The notes under the pieces: model-generated
Told to the model about the DNA's origin: nothing
The model's database searches: none
Seen by the model: only the letters and a program-made list of their open reading frames with translations
From: Savitreella phatthalungensis
Taxonomy: Eukaryota
DNA length: 64,000 bases
Assembly (NCBI GenBank): GCA_051599415.1
Contig: AP039690.1
Coordinates: 434,001-498,000 of the forward strand
Direction of reading: 5' to 3'
Made by a program: the position numbers and the translations under genes
In this document: in pieces, positions 1 through 10,680 of the stretch
How positions within the stretch are numbered: the stretch's first letter is position 1
Layout: every line of letters begins with the position of its first letter

Positions 1-2
1 TC

Positions 3-608
3 GGTTGTCCTGCTCGCGTTGATCCATCTCCTGAAGATTGGGATATCCGTGCAACCCACCAGCACAAGCGTCAGGTAATTTCGTGGGAGCGCGCGCTTGA
101 GATCGATCCAACTGCGCTGCGGTCCAAATTTACGCACGACCGTAAATCTGTCGGAACAAGCGCGGACGGCAGTGCCCCACAGACTCCGCGACTCTCTCGT
201 GCACTCCGCCATGAGCTGAAGCGACAGCATGCCTCCCCAGCATTCGTCCAGTCAATCGAGCAGGATGTGCGCGATGTCCTTTGTCCGCAGGATGCCGAGG
301 CGGAGTACGATGTTGTGGACCCTATCAGCCATGGAGCAGATGATTCTGGCATTGAACTCGCCGCTGACGACAGCGCTCCCACACATGAAACACGCCTTGA
401 CCGCCAGCAAGCGTCACATACGGTCCGGATTGCTATCCAAGCACCAAATGAGCGAGCTACAGCTTACCTCAGATACTTTGTCCATCTGATTTGCCAGTAC
501 TATGGCCTCGAATCAGCATCAAAGGACTTTGGCTCGTCGCGCTATGCCTGCGTACAGCTTCGACCGACTTTCAAGCTCCCAGAGGTATGGTTTTGTCAGC
601 TCTTGTAG
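3..608 (+). CDS. R3H-domain / R3H-associated protein, 5'-truncated by the window edge
   Basis: Frame open from the window start to TAG at 608. Contains PSPEDWDIRATH (R3H-associated N-terminal-like) and the RxxxH motif LRYFVHLICQYYGLES. Confidence 0.7.
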   Translation, partial: GCPARVDPSPEDWDIRATHQHKRQVISWERALEIDPTALRSKFTHDRKSVGTSADGSAPQTPRLSRALRHELKRQHASPAFVQSIEQDVRDVLCPQDAEAEYDVVDPISHGADDSGIELAADDSAPTHETRLDRQQASHTVRIAIQAPNERATAYLRYFVHLICQYYGLESASKDFGSSRYACVQLRPTFKLPEVWFCQLL

Positions 609-838
609 TCGTCTAGGATCCAGCTGTGAATAAGGATATGCCTTGGTCCTCTGTCGTGTTGATCAGCTCCATTGAGAGTTGTTTTTCACTCCTTGTGGCG
701 AGCGATTTTTGGACCGCCTTCAGTATTCAGGGTGCTCAATGCACACCCGATGGATACTGTTCGTCCCATACATATTGATTGACTTGATGCATATGTCATG
801 CTTTTCAGGACGCTGTGTAAGCTGTCATCACATCCATC

Positions 839-2026
839 ATGGAAGACGATTTGGTACTATGCTGCAACAATCTGAGATGTCGCAAAAGACTCGTTCATCA
901 AGCGGTCACGACGGTGTGCGCTCATGTCTTCTGCCTCGAATGGTGAGTTTTATGATGCACTACACCCTCGGCACTAGCTCCTGACTCCGTACAGCGCCCA
1001 CGCTCAAATTGATGGACGCAGACTGTGCCCAGCCTGTAACGAACATCTAGCAACGGAAGACCAGATGGTTGTGTGCACACTCAATCCTGGCGAGTCAGTC
1101 TCATCAACCACAGCGAGAAGTCTTCGACTAACGACAACAGAGACTACAAGACAGTAAGCATCAATCTCGAGAGATGTTCGCATATGATTGACGCCTTTAG
1201 ACGGTGTTGGCAGGCCTTGCGCCTCGCGTTATTGTGGAGATCCTCCGCAGGGCGATGAGCTTCTGGTCTTACCAGGTCGGCGGTGAGATGTAAGATCGTT
1301 GGCGCATGGTTTATCTTCCTCTGACTGACCGGCAGTACACTTCGTGATGAGGATGTGGCGGCGCTTCAAGAAGAGATCGGACGACTCAACAAGGAAAAGA
1401 AAAAGCTTTCGATCAAAGCTCAGCAGAGCATTGAGGAGCATCGTCAGGCAGCAGAGCGACTTCGCTCAGATAACGACGCTGTACGTGCAGCTTGCAACGA
1501 AGCCTTGACCAAGCTCCATGAGCGTGAGGCGGACTATCAAAAGCTCCAAGTAATTTCACATTGTACTCTTTGGTGAAAGAAACTAATATCTCAGAATGCG
1601 CATGAGAAGCTGCAACGTAAGACAGCTGCACATCGTGCCGTTGGCCCAGCGACAATTTCGGATGAAGATGCTCCTTTGTACGCCGGTAATGCCAAAGCTG
1701 GTAAGCCACAAGTCGTCACGATACCATCGAAGCTAATTCGACGTACAGCTCGCCACGAGCCTGTTTCTTACACTCATCAGCGCATCGCGAGTCACGCTCT
1801 ACCGTCTAGGATGTCACAACCGCAGATGGCTCCAGGCAGTATTGTCGCTGGTACGAGCGCAGCCGCAGGCGTGCATCATCCTCGTCCGCTCGTAAATACA
1901 CTCCACCGCCCTCCAGCCATGGGCCCGCCTGCACCACCGGCACCTGCACATCTCGATCGTCGTATCACTTCCGCTTCACCAATGATGGCGACCCGTCAGC
2001 GCCAGATGCCGCGCAAACTATTCTGA
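839..2026 (+). CDS. HEI10: HEI10/CCNB1IP1-like meiotic RING E3 ligase; 6 exons: 839-942, 995-1093, 1141-1153, 1201-1289, 1336-1549, 1595-2026
   Basis: Manual splicing at GT..AG introns gives MEDDLVLCCNNLRCRKRLVHQAVTTVCAHVFCLEC...CPACNEHL...LNPGEDYKTTVLAGLAPRVIVEILRRAMSFWSYQ, then a coiled coil and a Pro-rich tail. This matches the HEI10 RING plus YK..VLAGL.P..RAL.FW.YQ signature. Confidence 0.88.
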
Positions 2027-2340
2027 TTGCACCACAGGAGCCATACGCCTTGTATACCTAGCTAGATCTCAACCAGACAGAACAAATTCAATAACAACTA
2101 AACATTTGCTGTTCGCCACCTCAAATGCTGCTATTGAATCCAGGCTTTCGATGCACGTGACGCGTAAACAAATCCATAGAATTTAGAGTTTCATTTTGTG
2201 CAAACCACGCAGTCGCTCGACAGCTCTGACCAAAATAGTCAAAGCCTCTCCAGTAAGAAAACACTTTGGCGCGAGGCGCGTCAAGATCAGCGTATGACAG
2301 AGCTATAGCAACGCCCATGTATCTGTAATCCTTAGCATCC

Positions 2341-4542
2341 ATGGCAGACTTCGACTTGGCTCAAGCGCTTGTCGACCTGAGCCTCGGATCCAAGTCGCAG
2401 ACTGCTTCACCGGCCGGGCCATCGCGAATCGAAGCGTCAACGGCTGTGAAGGTTGAGCCTGAAGAGCGCGAACCTGTGACACCACCAGAAGCTGATACAA
2501 CACCTCAGTCATCCATAAAACACATCAAACGCAATGAAACCCTCGTAGTTCTTCAAGATGCATGCTACAAGCACAAATTTGGAAGGCAGATCAGGCAGCG
2601 CGATCTCGACACGATCGTCGAGCGACCGGAGCGTACCCGTGCCGCTGTCCTCGGCATCGTGACTGCAAAGGCGAGGCTTGAACAAGCAGCTCTACCGTCA
2701 CTTGATATCGTGAAGAGCGAGCGGAGAGGCTGGCTGGGAGACGCGGCAGTCGAAGCAGTCCACGGCAACGTTTACCCGCAGGATCTGCTAAAGATGTCAC
2801 GAGAAGCGTCGGACAAGCTCAAAGACGGGAAGCTCGAGGTACCCGATCACCTTCCCTGGGGTGACCTCTATCTCGGCACAGAATCGCTTGATGCCATCAA
2901 CGGCTGCATCGGCGCAACCTATGACGGCGTCGATGCGCTGTTTTCGTCAAACTCGGAAACCACAGCCAGTGGCAGCGCATACAGGAGATGTCACGTGTGT
3001 ATCCGGCCTCCGGGACATCATGCCGCGGAGACTGCGCCCTGTGGGTTCTGCTGGATAAACAACGTCCATGTCGGCATCGCGTACGCGCAGGCCAAGTACG
3101 GCGTCAAGCGCGCAGTCATCCTCGACATCGACTTGCATCACGGCGACGGCTCGCAGGCAATGGCCTGGACACTGAACGAGACGAATCCCGACTCGATCGC
3201 GTACTACTCCCTCCACGACATCTACTCGTACCCGTGCGAGGTAGGCAATGTCGAGAAGATCCGCGAGGCATCGGTGTCGATTTCCGCACACGGCCACAAC
3301 ATCCACAACGTCCACCTGCGCACTTACACGACCGAGCAAGAGTTTGACAGCATCTACGAGCGCGACTATAAGGTCATCCTTCACAAAGCGCGAGCGTATC
3401 TGGAAGAAGGCAAGATGCGCGGTGAGAAGGCGCTAGTTGTGATCTCGGCAGGCTACGACGCGTCAGAGTACGAATCTACGACGATGCAGCGGCATAAGGT
3501 CAACGTGCCCACATCGTTCTACGAGCGCTTTACGCGAGACACAGTACAGCTGGCTGACGAACTTGCGGAAGGTAAGGTCTTGTCTGTCATGGAGGGTGGC
3601 TACGGCGATCGCGCCATCACCTCAGCCGCTTGTAGCCACATGCTTGGCCTCGCCGTCCCCGGCAAACTTGAAGGTGATAGCGATTTGCGAGCTGCATACG
3701 CGTTGCCAAACCTTCAATTACTCGAGAAACACTTCCCGAGCAAAGTCAGAGGCAATCGCAAGCCGCTGCCGAGATGCGCTACGCTCTCGCAATCCGACTC
3801 GCAGCTCAATTGGCTAGCTGCTGTCGAGCAACTGTACGAGGAATACGTCCCCGACAGCTTCAATCCCGTGGCGCCGGCGTCTCTCGATGCAGCTGCTGGA
3901 TTACTCAGAACGCCGGTATCTTCGGGAACGACTGATCTGCAGCTTGACATGGGTCGTATGACGCTGCGTGAGCGTAAGCCAAAGCCGTCACCCCAGCCAA
4001 CCCCTTCTGCCGCAGCAACGCACCCACGTCAAGCTGCACGAGCAGTCACGCCGCGATCGACACCCGTGCGGCGTGGTAAAGCGACAGTCCATCCAGACTC
4101 TATTCCACCACTTCCTGTCCAAGCCGCGGCGAATTTACACCTCCAGCACCAACAGCAACCGGATATCAAGCAGCCTAGTCTTGCGTCGGCTGTCGTTGAA
4201 CCGCGGACACCGATGCACGGTCATACGACACCAGCTTTGATCCACTCGCCAGCGGCAGCGCACAGTTCTAGTTTTGTCGATTCGCCTACTCCGGCAGCAG
4301 CAGGATATACAGGAGCCCAGCCGCAACCTCCAGCGACGCCTGGCGTAGTCCCCGCAATCTCAGGCGCCGATCGCCACGGTGGATCCAGGGTTGAACATGG
4401 CACTGGGCAGGCCGGCAGAGCACAGGTGCTCACGCCACATCCGGCCACGTCGTCCATGCGTCCCGTGACGACCGGCATGCCGTCGGTGCCGGCGCGCTCC
4501 GACAAGGACATCTACGACTTTGACGAAACTGCTGAAGACTGA
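2341..4542 (+). CDS. HOS3: Histone deacetylase, fungal Hos3 type
   Basis: 733-aa ORF with ERPER, RPPGHH, GFCWINN, DIDLHHGDG, SAGYD and EGGY motifs, plus Hos3-like HLPWGDLYL, SLHDIYSYPCE and MQRHKVNVPT. Confidence 0.9.
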   Translation: MADFDLAQALVDLSLGSKSQTASPAGPSRIEASTAVKVEPEEREPVTPPEADTTPQSSIKHIKRNETLVVLQDACYKHKFGRQIRQRDLDTIVERPERTRAAVLGIVTAKARLEQAALPSLDIVKSERRGWLGDAAVEAVHGNVYPQDLLKMSREASDKLKDGKLEVPDHLPWGDLYLGTESLDAINGCIGATYDGVDALFSSNSETTASGSAYRRCHVCIRPPGHHAAETAPCGFCWINNVHVGIAYAQAKYGVKRAVILDIDLHHGDGSQAMAWTLNETNPDSIAYYSLHDIYSYPCEVGNVEKIREASVSISAHGHNIHNVHLRTYTTEQEFDSIYERDYKVILHKARAYLEEGKMRGEKALVVISAGYDASEYESTTMQRHKVNVPTSFYERFTRDTVQLADELAEGKVLSVMEGGYGDRAITSAACSHMLGLAVPGKLEGDSDLRAAYALPNLQLLEKHFPSKVRGNRKPLPRCATLSQSDSQLNWLAAVEQLYEEYVPDSFNPVAPASLDAAAGLLRTPVSSGTTDLQLDMGRMTLRERKPKPSPQPTPSAAATHPRQAARAVTPRSTPVRRGKATVHPDSIPPLPVQAAANLHLQHQQQPDIKQPSLASAVVEPRTPMHGHTTPALIHSPAAAHSSSFVDSPTPAAAGYTGAQPQPPATPGVVPAISGADRHGGSRVEHGTGQAGRAQVLTPHPATSSMRPVTTGMPSVPARSDKDIYDFDETAED

Positions 4543-4621
4543 AGAAGGTCTAGATTTGTACAATTTCGAGCGCCGGGTGATTTCTTATTTTCCAACATAC
4601 ACCTTAATCCCACAGACGCGC

Positions 4622-5269
4622 TCATTCGTCGAGAAAGGCTTGTAGATCAGTAAGCTTAATCCTTCTTACGCCAGCTTGATCAAACTCGTCCTGAGATGTC
4701 TGTGTCCACGGCTTGATTCCGCGAACTGCTTCCTGGATCACCACTGTCTTGTATCCGCCAATTCGACTTGCATCAATAGCAGTATGGAAGACGCAGAAGT
4801 CATCAGCCAAGCCAACCACCGCTACTTTCCGGACCCCTTCGTCATCGAGCAATCCCTGCAATCGAGTCTTCTCAACCCCGAAGGCATCAACCAGCGCACT
4901 GTACGAATCTCTCTCGACATGATATCCTTTTCTGACAATTTCGGTGGTCGATGGCAGGCTGAGGGAAGCATGGAACTCTGCACCGCGAGTGTGCTGAATA
5001 CAGTGGTCTGGCCAGAGTGCTTGGTCGATAGTGGTGTCGTTGTGTGAGACTTGGACGGTGTCCTTGAACGGCTGCTTGCCTGGATGCGCTGAAGCAAAGG
5101 AGACGTGACCGGGAGGATGCCAATCCTGAGTCGCTACAACCACGTCCCAATTGACCGAGCTCAGCAGCCTGTTGATGACAGGAATCACGCTCTCACCATC
5201 GGGAACAGCAAGTGGACCATCTCCTAAGAAATCATACTGCACATCCACGATGATCAGTGCATTTGCCAT
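4622..5269 (-). CDS. PNC1: Nicotinamidase/pyrazinamidase (isochorismatase family)
   Basis: ALIIVDVQYDF, QDWHP..H.SF, LWPDHC, KG...DSYS and GLADDFCV motifs; ATG at 5269. Confidence 0.9.
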   Translation of the reverse strand: MANALIIVDVQYDFLGDGPLAVPDGESVIPVINRLLSSVNWDVVVATQDWHPPGHVSFASAHPGKQPFKDTVQVSHNDTTIDQALWPDHCIQHTRGAEFHASLSLPSTTEIVRKGYHVERDSYSALVDAFGVEKTRLQGLLDDEGVRKVAVVGLADDFCVFHTAIDASRIGGYKTVVIQEAVRGIKPWTQTSQDEFDQAGVRRIKLTDLQAFLDE

Positions 5270-6830
5270 CTCCTCCAATCCCTACACCAGGAGGTTCTGA
5301 AAGGACTAGATGGTTTTAACGGAAATTGATGAAGCTTCGAATGACGTATGGTTGCTGTAGAATGCTTCAGGTGTTTTGAAGAGTATTGCTTTGGTGAGTG
5401 ATCACATTGAACAATCTCGCAGGGAAACTGGAGATCAAATTCGACTGAAGACCGAGTTTAGAATGCCGCGGATAGATTGCGTTTAGATTGGTTGGATGTA
5501 AACACTGTCAACCTATACTCTTAACCTCCATGTATTTTCCAGGATAGACGAGGCCAGATTTCATTGACTTGATTTTGGTCGGCCGCTTGCGCTTGTTCCA
5601 AAAATAGACCAGCGGCTTCCAGTCATGGTCGAGAGGACGCATGGCTGAAACGCGTGAATTACATCGCGTTCTGCTCTGCGTGTCAAGTAGATAGATGATC
5701 TTGGGTCTCATTCGTACTAGGCTCTCGGAGATTTGAGGCATGCGGACCTGTGTATTAGGGGACCCATCGAGCTAGCTTTCTTCGATGTGAACGACTGAAG
5801 CATGAGCGAGAGACACGCACAGGTAAGTATGCAACAAGTCATTCATCCACTTCGGTCGTCTGTGCTGTTTGGCCCATTGCCAAATCACAGTCGAACGAGA
5901 CCAGATGAGATGAAATATGACATGAGATGATATGAGTTGAGATGAGAGTGAGACTGACAAGATTCCCTGCATCCAGTCGATCGTGTGGTCTGTCCCAGAC
6001 TATACAAGGTCTCTTCTCACGTCGATGATCTGATTCCCGACACCACGAGCATAGCAATGTACAAGATCACCGCGATCTTACGCGTCCATCACGTGGTACA
6101 CAAGCGTCTTCTCACATCGATCGCCCGTGCTCGTGTTCGTGCTTTCCAGATCGTGTGAGCAAGCTTGGTGCACCAACGCAGTGCAATCTGATTTCCGAAT
6201 CGGAGAGGCGGTGGGTTGTCTTCGCGTTAAAAGTCAGATACACAAGGATCCGAGCTAGAAACAAGGTAGCCTGGAGCAGTTCAGGAGAAAATCCAGAGGA
6301 ATTCTTTGGGAAAATAGAATTCGCCGATCTGCAGGAATACAATTCTATCCGTTCAAATGTATCTAAATTTAAACCGTAATAGAAGCACCACAGCAACAGC
6401 AAGGGCAACAGCAATAGCAGGACGAACAGCAACATGACTCGACATACGCATCCCAACACAGGCCACCTTCTCACCGCCATCCCAAATCCTCAGCAACGAG
6501 TCATAGCCTTGTCAATCATCACAATCTATACAGTCATTTGAACTGCAGCACTTCTCGTCGAATTGGCCTGCCCGACAAGACGTCCCTTCATAACAATCCA
6601 GGGCTCTTGGTCATCGCTTGTTCACGTGCGAGGTCCAGTGAGCCAACTGGGCTAGTGACGGAGGAGTGGCTCATAGGTGAGGGGCAGACTTGAATCGCAT
6701 TGCGCAAAGTCTCTCGCCCTTCTGGCCGCTCGCAGATCTCTGTTGCTCGCTGAAATCATTGAAGAAGTTCCCGACGTCAACATCTCCTGGCTCACGACCC
6801 CTTATTTTTCACCCTGATTCATCACACAAA

Positions 6831-8792
6831 ATGGCGAGCGACGACGGCAATAGCCACTATGGACTACCATCTCGCGTCCTCGCCGCCTTTCTCTCGCCTT
6901 GGTTTCTCCTCGTGGCCGCTGCGCTCATCCTCTTGCTCATGTATACTTTCTACTACAAGCCGAGATTACACCACGCATATCGCTCCTATCCTGATGCAGC
7001 CTACATCTACCTCACGCCACCAATCATCAGAAGGCGTAGATTCAATCGCGATCCGGTGGAATATCTCCGAAAGACTCGCGTAGACATGGCCATGTCGAAC
7101 ATCTACTGGCTCGACAGCATTGGCGATTATGGCATGTGTACACTCATCACCCAGTCAGACGCCCTCATTCACCAATTTCTAGCTACAGACAGCAAAGACG
7201 GTGTTTCATGGGATGCAGCGCTCAGGCACGTCTGGCGCGACCTATTCCGACCAGACTCGCCCTTCGGCAGGCGTTCTCAGTTCTACTACGCCTCTCGCTG
7301 GTGTCTTGTCAATGGCTTCTCTCGCGAGAAGACCAGTCTCGTCTCGAGCTATAGCGCAACAGTCGAGCGTGAAGCACTGCGCTGCTTGCACAATGCTAGC
7401 AACCAGGACGACCTGCTCGAGCTCGCTGATAGCGCAGTCTCTCGCTCTCTTCTGGCCATTATCTTTGGCACAGATTGTCAGCAATTCGAAAAACTAGCCA
7501 GCATCCTCGACAGCCTCAATCACTTGCTCGTTCGCACATCATCCAGATCCGATAGGAAGACCGCCATCCAGCTCGCCGATGAGTTCCGAGCCACGGTGCG
7601 CAGCCTCTTGCAAAATCAGATGAACAGCGATGTCGAAGCCCGAAGCGGTGGTGTAGGCGATGATTACCTCAGCTGGCTCCTGACAAATACACCGCAGATG
7701 CGTCAGGATGAGGACGGCAGGTCCAACGCAAACAGCCACAGCAATAATAACAGCGAGGCGGGAGGTAGTGACAGGGGCAGCAACACGATAGACGACAATG
7801 ACGAGGTGGAAAAGACTCGGCGTGAGCAACACCTTCTGCGCGATCTGCCAGATCATCTGCTTGTGACACTGCTGCAGACGCGGTTGCTCTGCGCGGTTGG
7901 TGTGCTTTGGAACGTCTACTCCGCCGCAACACTGGAGAACGCGGTCTCGCCTGACCCACTCTTGCTTGTTCGCAAGGCTCGGAAAGAGGTCCTGATTGGA
8001 TCGACCATCATTCCAAAGAATGCCTTTGTCGCCGTATCACCCGTGCTCGAGCGGCTCGAGGGAGGATACGAAGGCACCTCATCGGGATATCCTCGGGGCT
8101 CGACACCCGCCTCATCTATGCTCTTCTTCAACAATGGCCATTCACACAGCAATCCAAAGCGTGATCTCAGCTCTACAACAGAGCTTTCCCTGCTTACCTC
8201 GACGAACAGCTTGAATGATCTGACGCAGACAAGCGATACAGCAAGCACGGTTGATGGCTCTGCATTTGCATCTGTCAACCACTCTCGAAGCACCTCTTCC
8301 TTCGCTCCACTCCTCCGTCACAATCACTCGCGAAGGCAGTCGTCCGTCGCGGGTTTGTCGGAGATGGGCGGGCCTACGATTTCCGAAGCGGATTCCGCAG
8401 CCGACAGTGCCTTTGGCATTCCGAACGGTAGTCGCTCAGGCAGTCTTAGCGACGTTGACGAGCGGCACTACCGGTCAAAGCGAGGGTCTTGGACGCGACG
8501 CTACCCACAGGCGCATCTGATCTCCTTGGTCGTTGGTGCCGTCTCGACTCGGTTCTCGGATGCCTTGACCATCACCGGTTCTGCAAGCGTCCATCCGCGA
8601 TACCTTAGCGCTCGGGGTCTCTGGCTGCCTTTGCCGGACACCACCATCGCATGTGTCCGCCGCACGTCAAACAGTTCTCATGCTCCTCCGCGCCCAACGA
8701 GATCCTTGACGCCACCTGCCCCTGCAGCTGACCTGACAGGTCCCAACCCTAGCAACAAATCTGCAATCGTGGTAGCTGCGGTGGACGCATGA
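6831..8792 (+). CDS. Membrane-anchored, degenerate cytochrome P450-like (CYP51-like) protein lacking catalytic motifs
   Basis: N-terminal TM anchor, DPVEYLRK..NIYWL segment and LLVRKARKEVLIGSTIIPKNAFVAVSP (P450 beta-sheet-like). No K-helix ExxR and no FxxGxxxCxG heme motif; Ser-rich insertions. Confidence 0.55.
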   Translation: MASDDGNSHYGLPSRVLAAFLSPWFLLVAAALILLLMYTFYYKPRLHHAYRSYPDAAYIYLTPPIIRRRRFNRDPVEYLRKTRVDMAMSNIYWLDSIGDYGMCTLITQSDALIHQFLATDSKDGVSWDAALRHVWRDLFRPDSPFGRRSQFYYASRWCLVNGFSREKTSLVSSYSATVEREALRCLHNASNQDDLLELADSAVSRSLLAIIFGTDCQQFEKLASILDSLNHLLVRTSSRSDRKTAIQLADEFRATVRSLLQNQMNSDVEARSGGVGDDYLSWLLTNTPQMRQDEDGRSNANSHSNNNSEAGGSDRGSNTIDDNDEVEKTRREQHLLRDLPDHLLVTLLQTRLLCAVGVLWNVYSAATLENAVSPDPLLLVRKARKEVLIGSTIIPKNAFVAVSPVLERLEGGYEGTSSGYPRGSTPASSMLFFNNGHSHSNPKRDLSSTTELSLLTSTNSLNDLTQTSDTASTVDGSAFASVNHSRSTSSFAPLLRHNHSRRQSSVAGLSEMGGPTISEADSAADSAFGIPNGSRSGSLSDVDERHYRSKRGSWTRRYPQAHLISLVVGAVSTRFSDALTITGSASVHPRYLSARGLWLPLPDTTIACVRRTSNSSHAPPRPTRSLTPPAPAADLTGPNPSNKSAIVVAAVDA

Positions 8793-8902
8793 ACTCATGG
8801 CCCGTACGCCGTGCTACTTCTGAGATCCTTCACACAGCGTGACGATACTGAACCACCTCTAATGAATGACTTGTCCTACATGAGTTCGATATAGTGTAAT
8901 GC

Positions 8903-10357
8903 TTAGACTCGCTTGAGATGGACGCTCTTGAGCTTGACCCAGGCCTCGAAGCCAATAGATCCGCCCATGCTCGCTCCTCGACCAGAAAGCTTGTACCCGG
9001 TCCAGACGAGGGATGGATCTGGGTAGTCTGCCCTGTTGAGGAAGACGGTACCTGCATCGAGCTGAGCGCAAACCTCCTCCGCCTTCCCATCCAGATCCTT
9101 TGACCACACGCTCGCCGTCAGCCCAAAATCACTGTCATTCACCAACCTCACACCCTCAGCATCCCCACCATCCACCTTGATAATCGGCAACACCGGACCA
9201 AACGTCTCTTCCGTCATGACTCTCGCAGCTAGCGGTACGTCCACGAGGATTTGTGGTGTGACAAAATTGGTGTCTTCGTTGTCCAGTTGATGTGTCGGGA
9301 GGAGTGCTTTTGCGCCTCTTGCAAGGGCGTCTTGGATGTGTGCACGTGCGAGGTTTGCTTGGTTTCTGGAGACGCAGGGGCCTAAGGTGGTTGCGTTGTC
9401 TGCCGGGTCGCCTAGGACGTATGCTTTTGCTTCGGCGACACATGCCGCCACAAACGCATCGTACACGGCCGCGTCCACGTACACACGCTCCACAGCACAG
9501 CAGCTCTGTCCGCTGTTGAACATCCCACCATCCACAATCCCAGCAGCAGCCAACCCGACATCCGCATCACCACGCACCCAGCAACCATCCTTCCCACCCA
9601 ACTCCAGCGTCACTCCAGCATACCCTTTCCGAGGACCTCCAGGTCCATTGCTCCCGACAACAGCCCTCTCGACTGCGGTTCCGGCGTCGACGCTGCCTGT
9701 GAAGGAGATGTGGGTGAGATACTTGGAGGTGCAGAGGTTTTGTGTGAGGAGAGCTGGGTTGCCTATGTGTAGGTGCTGTAGGAGGTTCTGTGGGAGACCC
9801 GCTTCCGTGTACATGCGCGTGAAGGCCTCTGCGACGAGCGGCGTCTGTGGCGAGTGCTTCAGAATCACAGCGTTGCCAGCAACGAGCGCAGGCAGCACCC
9901 CATTGATCGTCACCAGCCAAGGATAGTTCCATGCACCAACCACCACAACCACACCCTTTCCGACCTTCACCACCTCACGGCGCAATCCGTCGCCTCCACT
10001 CGCATCTCCAGGCAGAGGCGACAGCGCTGACATCGCATGCGATAGCTGCCAACGGCCTCGTGCCACGGCAGTCGTGATCTCCGACAGGCAGTATCGGATG
10101 GGTCTGCCCATCTGGATAGAGATGTCTTTTGCCAGTGCATCTGCATCGGCTGTCAGGAGGTCGAGGAATGTAGAAGCGATGGCAATCCGTCGCTCGATCG
10201 CTTCACGGTCAAAGAACTTCCCGAGAGAGAGTGCTTGCTCCGCTTCGAATGCAGCCTGTGCGCGCTCGAAGCACGCCTCTATTTCAGAGACTGTAGCCTC
10301 AGGTCGTACAGCAACGACTGAGCCATCGTAAGGCGAGATTGTCTTGATCTCAGGCAT
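8903..10357 (-). CDS. NAD(P)-dependent aldehyde dehydrogenase
   Basis: WNYP, GNAVILKHS, FTGS, LELGGKD (catalytic Glu), FNSGQSCCA (catalytic Cys) and EETFGP. Confidence 0.95.
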   Translation of the reverse strand: MPEIKTISPYDGSVVAVRPEATVSEIEACFERAQAAFEAEQALSLGKFFDREAIERRIAIASTFLDLLTADADALAKDISIQMGRPIRYCLSEITTAVARGRWQLSHAMSALSPLPGDASGGDGLRREVVKVGKGVVVVVGAWNYPWLVTINGVLPALVAGNAVILKHSPQTPLVAEAFTRMYTEAGLPQNLLQHLHIGNPALLTQNLCTSKYLTHISFTGSVDAGTAVERAVVGSNGPGGPRKGYAGVTLELGGKDGCWVRGDADVGLAAAGIVDGGMFNSGQSCCAVERVYVDAAVYDAFVAACVAEAKAYVLGDPADNATTLGPCVSRNQANLARAHIQDALARGAKALLPTHQLDNEDTNFVTPQILVDVPLAARVMTEETFGPVLPIIKVDGGDAEGVRLVNDSDFGLTASVWSKDLDGKAEEVCAQLDAGTVFLNRADYPDPSLVWTGYKLSGRGASMGGSIGFEAWVKLKSVHLKRV

Positions 10358-10680
10358 TGCGGAGAGAGTGTGTGTCGTTCACGATGCTCTTTATCTATTT
10401 AAGTTGTCCTGATCTGCATGTGATGCATAGATACGTACAGTATACGTAGCCAAGGAGGCTAAGCGAGCGTGTGTGCATGTGATTGGATCATGCAAATTTG
10501 GGCCTCGCGGGATCCGCAATAGTTTCAGTCTGAGAACTTGAAGCACTGCTACGAACTGTAGAGCCAGTGGGTCCATCGAGCGAAAACACTCGTCGGTCTC
10601 ATGCTTATGCTTCCTTTGCCCTACAGGTGATATGTATGTCAACATGTAGATGTTGTCGTGAACGTCAGGTCGGTCCAATT

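Noticed and set aside
2341..5269. HDAC next to nicotinamidase as a silencing module
   Set aside because: Pnc1 affects NAD-dependent sirtuins, whereas Hos3 is Zn-dependent; adjacency is likely chance.
6831..8792. P450-like gene as the hydroxylase of the gamma-glutamyl cluster (as in the Pseudomonas ipu pathway)
   Set aside because: It lacks the heme cysteine and is on the opposite strand; nothing supports catalytic participation.
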